From Epithemia pelagica (Eukaryota; Protista; Bacillariophyta): 64,000 nt of DNA. Location of the stretch: the NCBI GenBank assembly GCA_946965045.2, contig OX337234.1:3038001-3102000 (forward strand), given 5' to 3'. Under the pieces are notes generated by a model. The model was not told where the DNA came from and ran no database searches. It saw only the letters and a list, made by a program, of their open reading frames with translations. Position 1 is the first letter of the stretch. Each line of letters opens with the position of its first letter. A program made the translations under genes and the position numbers. Positions 1-8,627 of this stretch are shown in pieces.

Positions 1-2
1 TA

Positions 3-260
3 TCAAATGCACGAACAGGACATAAATTGCAGGGAAGGTCGTTGCGTCATTTGGTGATTAGTTCATGGGACTATACGGATAATTGGGTGTATGTGTGTTT
101 GTCTCGTTGTGCCACTTTGAATGGTTTGTTTTTGCGGCAGCCGTTAAATTTGGACAAAACAAGAGGCATTTCGGAAGAGTGTGCGAGATTCTATGAGTTG
201 TTCAGGGAAACTAAACAGCTACCAGAAAAGGTTGTTCTGTTTGAGGAGGAGAGGGGATAG
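3..260 (+). CDS. C-terminal end of a Pif1-family (SF1B) DNA helicase, open at the window edge; probably a Helitron-like/TE helicase
   Basis: Frame 3 reads SNARTGHKLQGRSL...NWVYVCLSRCATLNGLFLRQPL, matching helicase motifs V (HKxQG) and VI (YVxLSR) of Pif1 proteins; stop at 258-260. Confidence 0.8.
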   Translation, partial: SNARTGHKLQGRSLRHLVISSWDYTDNWVYVCLSRCATLNGLFLRQPLNLDKTRGISEECARFYELFRETKQLPEKVVLFEEERG

Positions 261-270
261 TACCGCTTTC

Positions 271-472
271 GATGTTTTTGGATTGACACCAGTCCATTTC
301 CGTCAAAAATTTGATTCGTGAGGTCCAGTTCTATCATCCGTCGGCCTTGCGTCGTTCCTTGTCCGTTCCAATCGATTGTTTGTGTACAAATCAAACATGC
401 ATTGATGGTTTTGGATTGACAGTCCATTGCCGTCAGAAATTTGAGTCGTGAGGTCCGGTTCTATCATCCGTC
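271..472. repeat. Two imperfect direct repeats of about 70 bp (271-342 and 404-472)
   Basis: GATG(T/G)TTTTGGATTGAC(ACC)AGTCCATT(T/G)CCGTCA(A/G)AAATTTGA(T/G)TCGTGAGGTCC(A/G)GTTCTATCATCCGTC; 5 substitutions and one 3-bp indel; 61-bp spacer. Confidence 0.9.
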
Positions 473-558
473 ATCAGACAGCCAAATCGGGCTTTCATTT
501 GTCTCATAAATTCTGTGAGATAGATTTCTGTTGGGTTGTTGGTTAAATAGTCAAGATC

Positions 559-1326
559 ATGTGCCGTTATATTGAATTGTCCTTGGATAGTTGTGATTTT
601 GGGACAAGCGATAAGTCAGTGGAGTTTCAGGTTCAGGTTGGTCTGTCAGCTCGCTGGCGGTTCAAGGGAGTGTGTCCACGGGACACACGGATGGCTGTGC
701 ATCGCCAGAAGGTTGCTGATGCATTGGAAGTTGAGGCTTGTTTGATTGGGTTAGTCTGTTTCACGACGAATCGGGCGGTCAGTGGTCGTGAATGTGTCGG
801 TGACCAGTGCTGTGTGGGAGTTCGGTGGGCTGTGAATCCAAATGAGAGGAATGAAACCTGGGGGTTCGAACGTGCAACACCAGATGACTTCGTGCTGCGT
901 GATACGTACAATAGATATTTTTGTTGTGAGGCCAACGAGTATGTTGATCTGTTGAATGAGTGGGAGCGTGGGTATGATTGTTCCTTTCCGTCTGGTCGCG
1001 AATGGCCGGTCACGTTCCAAGAAAATGTGGTTAATTGGCTGTCTTGTCGTGTGGCTACGAATGCATTGTTAGGGGAGTTCACCGTCATTATTAACTGTTA
1101 TTGGAAGGTTCGCCATGTTAAGGCGGAGTTGTATAAGTTTATGGGGGTCGATCCAACTTTTATGATTCTTAAAAAGTCAGGAGAGAGTGCGGAATTGGAT
1201 GACGATGCAGCGGTGATCCAGGAAATTTATGGGGAGAATTGTACGGCGGTTTTGCAGTTGTCCTTGGATGTTGAAATGATGGTCAAGTTGGTGGCAGGGC
1301 ATCCATTGTTGTGTTTCTTTCGTTAA
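559..1326 (+). CDS. Hypothetical protein (255 aa) with a possible C-terminal ubiquitin-like domain
   Basis: ATG-started intronless ORF. The last ~75 aa (FTVIINCYWKVRHVKAELYKFMGVDPTFMILKKSGESAELDDD...TAVLQL) follow the beta-grasp pattern V..VK..I....G.P....L...G..L.D. Confidence 0.5.
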   Translation: MCRYIELSLDSCDFGTSDKSVEFQVQVGLSARWRFKGVCPRDTRMAVHRQKVADALEVEACLIGLVCFTTNRAVSGRECVGDQCCVGVRWAVNPNERNETWGFERATPDDFVLRDTYNRYFCCEANEYVDLLNEWERGYDCSFPSGREWPVTFQENVVNWLSCRVATNALLGEFTVIINCYWKVRHVKAELYKFMGVDPTFMILKKSGESAELDDDAAVIQEIYGENCTAVLQLSLDVEMMVKLVAGHPLLCFFR

Positions 1327-2678
1327 ATCGATTTAGTCATGTGAGCGGGTAGACAGGGGTCTTGAGTGTTGCTGTATGGTTTGGATGGCATAATGAAACT
1401 CTAGAAATTAAATTTATTCTCCTAGTCATGTTTGTTATGGAACTTTAGTGTCCCATCTCATAGTGGGTGGATCTCAGGTTGTTTTGATCTACACTTTCCT
1501 CTTCCTGTTTTGACGTGGACCGACGTGGTGAGGTGGTTGTGATTTATTGCGGACGCTAGCCCCAGCCGTCATGGGGGGTATGGGTGGGTCAGGTTGGCGT
1601 GGTAGGTTATGAGCCCTTTTATGTTTGGGTGGTCGTTGAACTCAGACGTTCCATCCCGAAGGGTACTGTCTCGCTAAATCTTCGCTCACAAACGCGACCA
1701 TTTCTCGATTTGGCCTCACAACTCACAAGCAAGGCATACGAGCAGGTATCCAGTAAGTACGAGTATTTAGCAGAGACGGTAGTTCGTAATTGGTGGTTGT
1801 AGTTCGTGGCTGCAGGGTTCGGGTGGGAGAAAGCAGTGGCATCTGGCAAATGTGAAATGACAGAGCAGTCGACTAACCTGCAATTAATAAAAGGAATGAC
1901 CACTCCTTTGCGACTGTGTATTCTTTCCTTGGAGTGGTGGGGCAAACGGAGTGGACAAGGACAGACTAAACCGTAGTGGAGTTTTCATATATTAAACTAC
2001 TAGCTAAGAGCATGAAGACGCAAAAACCAAGTCAAATGAGTTGCATGGTAAAAGGTGCCGTAGTGTGCCTTTCCTTTATGGAAGCGAACCATCGCTACCA
2101 ACTTTATTTCTTGTGTAGTTTCTTCTTCGCCCTCACCTTTTGAACCCCTAGACTATAGTTCATGTTTCTTGCTCTGCTTCCAAACAACCTATTGCATCAT
2201 GCCGTAGACAATAGGATGGAATGGTTTCAAAAATTTGTATGCGAAAGGTGGTTTAGGTAGAATTCTAATCACAAGAGTTCTCTGTTTCCCGCATTGCTCT
2301 GGATTGAACATTTTCAGAGCAAGACGAGAGGGGCAAAGCCAAGAAATTCTTGACTTTCAGTGTGACGACTTAAGTCATTTTCAAAAGGAGTCATTTCAAC
2401 AGTATGAACAACAAGGGAGATGTGCTGGAGGCAGTCGAAGTGCGTGGTCGTTTTTATTAGCGCTCTTGAATGTTTTTGTGGGAACACCAAGTCAAGAACA
2501 TACCACGACCACTGCAGTTGTTTTTGGATGCTTGAACAATACAAGTGTTCCATCATCCACAGCTGCGTGGAGAAACTCCTTGTTTCAATCAAGATGTCTT
2601 CCACTGCAGGAAGCCTCAACTAGCGGGAAGAAAAAGCGCTTGTCACTACCATTCTCTCTCTCTCCATCTGTATACGAG

Positions 2679-3704
2679 TTACACATCTTGTCGTTGCATG
2701 ACGGAAACTGGACTGTGGTTCTTCAAACTGCCCGGCGTTTTGGAGTGACTTGTTGAGGTGTTGTTGCTGGCAGCGTTGTTGCTGGTGGCGTCCTCGGCAG
2801 CATTCTGCGCCGACGATGCCGTTGCGGCATGATTCTTGCGGCTTTCATAATCGTCCAAAATGGGTTCCAAATCCTCAAATTCGGCCACCAAGACACCGGC
2901 GAATAACGTGCTGAGTTTGGCTTGTGTTCTTTCCACATCTCCGACCGACATTTCCGCATATCGTTCAATGTATCGAAAGAATTTGGCTTGCACCTTGTGT
3001 GGAAAGACTTGAGGGTCCAGGCCTTCCACAGCATTCAGGACGGCTGCCAGGCCCACTTCGGATGGTTTGACAAAGACCAAGGATTGTTCGGCCACGGCCA
3101 ATTCCGTTTGAAAGCGAGCATAATCAAAAATGGCTTCGGCCACATCCTTGTGCACCGCCGAGGGCAACAGAGCGAGAATGTGAGCCACAAAGGAGAGGCA
3201 GGTGGGCCCGTTCACACGCCACTTGATGGCTTGCAACATGATTTGCTCCATTTCGACGAACTCCATTTCCTTGTAACAGCCTCGACTCAAATCCGCCAAG
3301 AGTGAGGTTTCCATTTCCAAGGGTTCATGAAGCTTAATGGCCACGTAGAGGGCGGTCATGGCTGCCAATTGGTACTCTTTGCGATTGCACAAAGCGGACC
3401 GTCCCTTGGGAGAACACAGGTATCGGTCCAAATAGGACATGCCAATGGCCACAGTTTCGCGCCGAAACTTGCAAAAGTCCACCACTTGATAACACCATTC
3501 CGCCATTTTAATGCGACAATCACTGTCCACTGGTTTGCTGGAACGTCGTCGGTAGGGCGCACTGTCCGATATGTAGTCCTTGACTCGATAGGTTGTCTGC
3601 TCTTGAATGCGAAGAATGGCGATCCGATCCCCAATTTCGGAACGTTCTGTTTTGGGTAGAAGGGCATCTTCCAAAGGCACCGGATGCAAGGACAAGGGCG
3701 CCAT
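2679..3704 (-). CDS. Cyclin, diatom-specific cyclin type
   Basis: Cyclin box: CRIKMAEWCYQVVDFCKFRRETVAIGMSYLDRYL...YQLAAMTALYVAIKLHEP...MEQIMLQAIKWRVNGPT; ATG at 3704. Confidence 0.93.
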   Translation of the reverse strand: MAPLSLHPVPLEDALLPKTERSEIGDRIAILRIQEQTTYRVKDYISDSAPYRRRSSKPVDSDCRIKMAEWCYQVVDFCKFRRETVAIGMSYLDRYLCSPKGRSALCNRKEYQLAAMTALYVAIKLHEPLEMETSLLADLSRGCYKEMEFVEMEQIMLQAIKWRVNGPTCLSFVAHILALLPSAVHKDVAEAIFDYARFQTELAVAEQSLVFVKPSEVGLAAVLNAVEGLDPQVFPHKVQAKFFRYIERYAEMSVGDVERTQAKLSTLFAGVLVAEFEDLEPILDDYESRKNHAATASSAQNAAEDATSNNAASNNTSTSHSKTPGSLKNHSPVSVMQRQDV

Positions 3705-5477
3705 TGTGTAACACTGTGTTGCTGCTAGCTACTTCCTTATCGTACGGGTAACGCGGTAAATTTCAGTGTCGGAAATGGCACTTTTGCTGTTCTTTCGCTT
3801 TATGTCAGCTGCTTCTTTGCAATGTATAGTCTCAATGCTTAATCAAGGCACAGCGGTGTTGTGGTGATTCTGCTTTTGAGGATAGAGAGGGGAGAGAGAA
3901 ACGACGAGTAAAAACCACCAAGGAAATTGGCGCTCCAATGTGTGTTGTTGTGTTGTTGTAACCCAGTGGAACGTCCAATGAGGGAATAAGCCCAACAAAC
4001 ATCTATGCGCGCCAGAGACGCTTGTTGGGGAGCAATGGGGGTGGGCATGGGGTGCAGACATTGGGAAAGGGTCATTATGTCACGGTCGGATTTTGGGTTA
4101 TTGCCCCTGAATACGAATAAGCCCGAACAGGGCTCTACGACATACATTTAGTATTGCCCTGACATTTCATTTCTAAAGCCTCCTCTCTTCATTGGCTTTG
4201 GGAAGGAGTTTCACTGAACACTTCACCCCCCAAAACATTTCGTGTCATTTGCGGGAATGCAGTCACAAATAATTCGATCTATAGGTTTTAGGTCGTAGAC
4301 AGCCCAGAAAGAGCTACTGGGAAGTTGGCGACATACATATAGGTAAACTACGAAGAAGGAATGAGAACCACGACATTATCCCTCATCACTGCAAGCAATG
4401 GTTTGTTGAGGCGGGACTTGTCTCTCTCTCTACTTGGTAGAAGATAGAAAGACGCCGAGAGCGAGGCACAAAATAGGAGGCGTCTCGATGCAATCGCGCT
4501 TTGAATCATGTACTAGTATGTTTGTTGAAACAAACTAGGTATATTCCGAACCCTTGGACTTAACACACGCTCGAACATGCATGACTCTCAGGCATCCATG
4601 ACTCTACTCGTAAGGCGGGTATGGTGCAGTGACTGGTTAAAACGATGAGGCACCTATACAATTATTTGCCGGTACAAACCAATGCTTTGCGCGCATTCGG
4701 TACTCGCACAAAAGAGTTTTGACGAGACCAAGCAAGTAGCCTCCACACAAACCATACCACCACTATATGGACAGAGGGAACCATTTTTTTTGTCGAAATG
4801 GAGCATCCGTCTTGTTTGGGAACTGAAGGGTCTTGTTCGTGCGCCTCTCTCTTACTCTCGCAATGTGCTGGATACAAACAATCACCACAACCACTGAAAT
4901 GCTAGTGAGAAAGCTATTGTTGTAGCCGTGTGGAACAGTTGGTAATGGTCACCTCCTTTTGGTGCTTACTCCGCAGTAGCGGCGTGCGACCTGTTGTACG
5001 AAACGTTACATCCACATTATTGTGCTTCCACCGAGCACATGCGACTTCTGCGACCTGGCTACGACTATAAAACTAGCAGCTGTATCTGTCTGGTACCCAT
5101 TGGCGGTGGCATCCACGCCTACCAAATGGGGCTAAGTTGCATCACAGTTCCATAAAACCACGTGTCGGTGCTATCCATGGACTGTTTGTAGCAAATGTCA
5201 ATGCTTCGCCAGTCCAAACCATTCTGACACGTATTCAAACTACCTAGGTGTAGACCACAGTTGCCCTAAAACGAATCATTCTTATTAGTGGTAGTGTTAT
5301 AAAAGGTATGAGCAAGAATACAAAGGAATGAGTGAGTTTTGTTGCACGAGTGTGGCGTCGTTTCGTGTGCAATGCATGAAAATGTAAAAGTACAAGAGAA
5401 ATGGTTCGTCCGAGATACCCAAGTGTTCCGAACAATCATCATTGGAAGTAAGTGCATGGCGTTGTGGTTGGACGGAA

Positions 5478-7973
5478 TCATCGCAGTGAACCGGGGACAT
5501 AGCCTTGCAATGTCACGCGTCGGGCCCAGTTTCGGTAATATCGGGCTTCGCTGGCGGTCGGAAAGGGACTATTGTTCGAATTGGAATTGGAATTGCTGTT
5601 GGCATTGTAATTGTCTTCTTCATTCGCCATGTTGTAGAGATTGTAGTCATAATAATTGTTGTCTTCATCTTCTTCATTGTTGTCGGGTTGGTCTTCCTCC
5701 TCCTCTTGATTGTTGTAGTAACTACTGCTACTATCGTCGTCCAACAAGAGCTTGCGACATTCGGCAAACAAATTTTCAATGCCACCATTGGGGATCGCCA
5801 CACTTTGATCGGGCATGTGACCATAAATTGTGGCATACAAGACGGTGGCGAAAACATACGAGCCATGAACCGAGGCATGCATTTCATCGTCGACAAAGAG
5901 TTTTTCCCAGGCCGTTGGATCGTCTTCGTAAATAGCCAAGTAGGTCAATCCAATTGGTGCCACCAACGGCGTTTGGTCGCTGGGCAAGACACTGGCCAAG
6001 GCGTCCACATATTCTTGGACACCAGAGTAAATCAATGCTTGAAAGTCCTCAACGTCATCACCCAAACCGGTCATGTTGGTTTGGTTGCTCCAAAAGGCAT
6101 GGGTATCGACCAAGACGGGAATGGCACCCGTGCCCGCCAAGAGTGGACCATAGCCATATTTGAGAGCATAAATGGATTCTTCCTTGGCCTCCGCGACAGC
6201 CATGCGCTTGGTTTGATCCACCAAGACAATGTAATCCCATCGTTCCGTCATGCTGACATTGGAATATTGGAGATGTTCCGTCTCGTATTCATAATAACCT
6301 TCATCGACAATACACGGATTCTTGTAATCATTAATGTAGGCATTGTCATTGTTTCCATAGGTCAAGATTTCATCGTAGCCATACATAATCTGCGCCACGG
6401 TGCAGAGTCCATAATCGTAAATGGCCTCGCTATCGTCGCCGTGGTCTCCATAGTAATAGTTTTCCGCCATGAGAGCCTTGTCTGTCCTCCAGGCATAGTA
6501 CATGCCATTGCCGCGCATGAGCATATCGGGCAAGGACCCGGCCGAGGAATGAATGACGGAATCTTGGTGAATGTGACCGTCCGAAATGGCTTCCATGAGT
6601 CGAGGAATGTCATTGACATAAAAGTAGGATCCGCCAATAAAGGCCACATTGAGATCGACATTCCAATCAACAGCGGCGTGATCGACCAAATCGGATACCG
6701 TAGAGAAGAGTCCTCCCTTGCGATTGGCAACCAAGAGGGCCACGAGCAAGACAGCCGCAATCGCCGCTGCCACCCCAAGTCCCTTGTTTTGTCGAACCTT
6801 ACTAACCAGTCTCTGCACAAACCCAAAATTTCCATCGGTCGCCGGAACCTTGCTGGGAATCAAATCGTCACTGTCCACACCGCGACTTTGCAGCACTTTG
6901 GTACGCAGGGGTACACCGGATGTCGAGGCTGCGTGAGTGGGACCATCATCTCGAACCCGGACATAATCGGTCGTCGCTTCCGGAACATCCTGACTCCGCG
7001 CGGCCAAAATGGGATCGCTGCGTCCTTCTTTCGCTCGTCGAGAAGGAGGCATGAGAGTTGCCGAAGCCGAAGTGCTATTGTTGCTGGAACCCTTGGTGGG
7101 CGATCGAGACGAAGAGGCACCACCCAATCGAAAGGTCCGATCCCACGATTCGGTAATCATTTGCATCAAGGCACCCCCAATCGGCCAAGAGGGTGTACTA
7201 TCCCCAGAACTCGTGGACATGGACAAGTCTACATCTTCGGCGCGTGTGTACGAAATCGAGTCTCCTTCACGACCATCGCGAGTCGAAGAGGAAACTTTGG
7301 CAGTCGCCGATCGCGGGGGTTGTTCAATCACGGGCCCCGAAGCCGAAGAGGTAAGAGACATTGTTTCCTCTACAGCACTGCTTCGTTTGGGTTTGGGAGG
7401 TGTTTTGGTAGGAGTTGGTTTGGATGCTGCTGCTGCCTCTTCTTGTTCGTATTGCACCCGATCGGTGGAATAAAACATGCGAACATTGGGTCTCGGTCGT
7501 TCGTCCTCTTGGTTTCGCAACGCCGAAGGTGGTGGTGTTGTCTTACTGGAAGATCCACGGCCTCGAGATCCGGCTCGTCGTCCTTGTCGTTGTGGTTTGG
7601 AGGGGGTTGGTCTGGAGGAAGAAACCGAAGTTTCCGCACTCAAATCCGCCAAAACGGCTTGGGCACTCATGGGACCATTTCGTTGTTGTTGCTGTTGTTG
7701 CGACCTACTAGAAGTATTGGGGGTGGTATTGGGAGCGGGCGATCGACCCTTGGATTGTTTGTACGATGGCGGAGTCTTGCTCGGGGTCGATTCGCCTCTA
7801 CGACCACCCGCCTTGCGGCCACTTCCAAACGGAGACATGCCAGTACGACGAGAAGACCCTCGACTAGTCGAATACGATCCTCCAGAAGTGGAACCAACCA
7901 CTCTTGCTCCTGCTTCCTCGTCCTCGTCGCTCCACATGGAGCTATTCGTCGACTCTTGAGATTTACTTTTCAT
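5478..7973 (-). CDS. Type II membrane protein with a C-terminal SGNH/GDSL-hydrolase-like domain
   Basis: Long S/R/P-rich disordered N-terminus, then a TM helix (GLGVAAAIAAVLLVALLVA), then NVAFIGGSYFYVND, WDYIVLVDQ, VAPIGLTY and DDEMHASVHGSY (DxxH-like block V). The computed ORF starts at TTG 8057; the first ATG is at 7973. Confidence 0.7.
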   Translation of the reverse strand: MKSKSQESTNSSMWSDEDEEAGARVVGSTSGGSYSTSRGSSRRTGMSPFGSGRKAGGRRGESTPSKTPPSYKQSKGRSPAPNTTPNTSSRSQQQQQQRNGPMSAQAVLADLSAETSVSSSRPTPSKPQRQGRRAGSRGRGSSSKTTPPPSALRNQEDERPRPNVRMFYSTDRVQYEQEEAAAASKPTPTKTPPKPKRSSAVEETMSLTSSASGPVIEQPPRSATAKVSSSTRDGREGDSISYTRAEDVDLSMSTSSGDSTPSWPIGGALMQMITESWDRTFRLGGASSSRSPTKGSSNNSTSASATLMPPSRRAKEGRSDPILAARSQDVPEATTDYVRVRDDGPTHAASTSGVPLRTKVLQSRGVDSDDLIPSKVPATDGNFGFVQRLVSKVRQNKGLGVAAAIAAVLLVALLVANRKGGLFSTVSDLVDHAAVDWNVDLNVAFIGGSYFYVNDIPRLMEAISDGHIHQDSVIHSSAGSLPDMLMRGNGMYYAWRTDKALMAENYYYGDHGDDSEAIYDYGLCTVAQIMYGYDEILTYGNNDNAYINDYKNPCIVDEGYYEYETEHLQYSNVSMTERWDYIVLVDQTKRMAVAEAKEESIYALKYGYGPLLAGTGAIPVLVDTHAFWSNQTNMTGLGDDVEDFQALIYSGVQEYVDALASVLPSDQTPLVAPIGLTYLAIYEDDPTAWEKLFVDDEMHASVHGSYVFATVLYATIYGHMPDQSVAIPNGGIENLFAECRKLLLDDDSSSSYYNNQEEEEDQPDNNEEDEDNNYYDYNLYNMANEEDNYNANSNSNSNSNNSPFPTASEARYYRNWARRVTLQGYVPGSLR

Positions 7974-8627
7974 TCTTTGTCGAGCTTCGTCTGGAGCCCC
8001 AATGCTCAATGCTCGACACACCCGTAACCAAAAATTTTCGTTTCTTCCAAACCACAATCAATTTGAACTTGCGCTCGCTGTCTTGTTGGGTGCCTCATTC
8101 ATTCCTGGGGGTCGCCGAGAATTTCATGGAGAGGAACAGCTGGGCTGGCGTTTCAATCTGGCGAGGCTCATTTGACGTTATTTTAACGGAGTAGCTACCT
8201 AATTCAAACTGGACGTTGATAATTCGGGGATTAAACAACCGTTATCGACATGAGCCGGCGTGAGAATCCCACACAGCTTGAAAAAGATACTTAGGAATCT
8301 CAACGGATTGACGGGACTGCCACCGGCGGCAAGTCGTGTTCGGAAAATCGTGCGGTCCGTCCATGGACGCATCGCGAATAGGTCTCGGAAGTGGACTAAC
8401 CTTAATGTATATAGGGATTAGGGATATACTACGACTAGCTAGACACTGTGAATCGAATAGTTCGACATGGATGAAATGGTCAACAGGAGACAGACACACA
8501 ACGTTAGTCCTGCACAATGTAAAGCATGGGACACGATGGGAAACAACGGTTGTCTTTGGCGACAACTGAATCTTACACAACACACATAAATGGTTCAACA
8601 TTTCTTCCTTGGCTACATGTTAGCCAA

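Larger units (their letters stand above)
1..2000 (+). mobile_element. Probable right part of a Helitron-like or other large DNA element; ends not defined
   Basis: Pif1 fragment followed by orphan intronless ORFs. The + strand is visibly G+T-rich, unlike neighbouring host genes. No convincing terminal hairpin plus CTRR was found, so the boundary is approximate. Confidence 0.4.

Noticed and set aside
271-472. Repeat-spacer-repeat layout suggesting a CRISPR array
   Set aside because: Only two ~70-bp repeats, no cas genes, eukaryotic context.
5505-8027. 840-aa ORF on + overlapping the SGNH-like gene; similar long antisense ORFs at 39343-40257, 47552-48511, 53243-54388 and 45918-46700
   Set aside because: They are antisense shadows of real genes whose codon bias avoids TTA/CTA/TCA. 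The translations are V/I/G/R-rich with no motifs.
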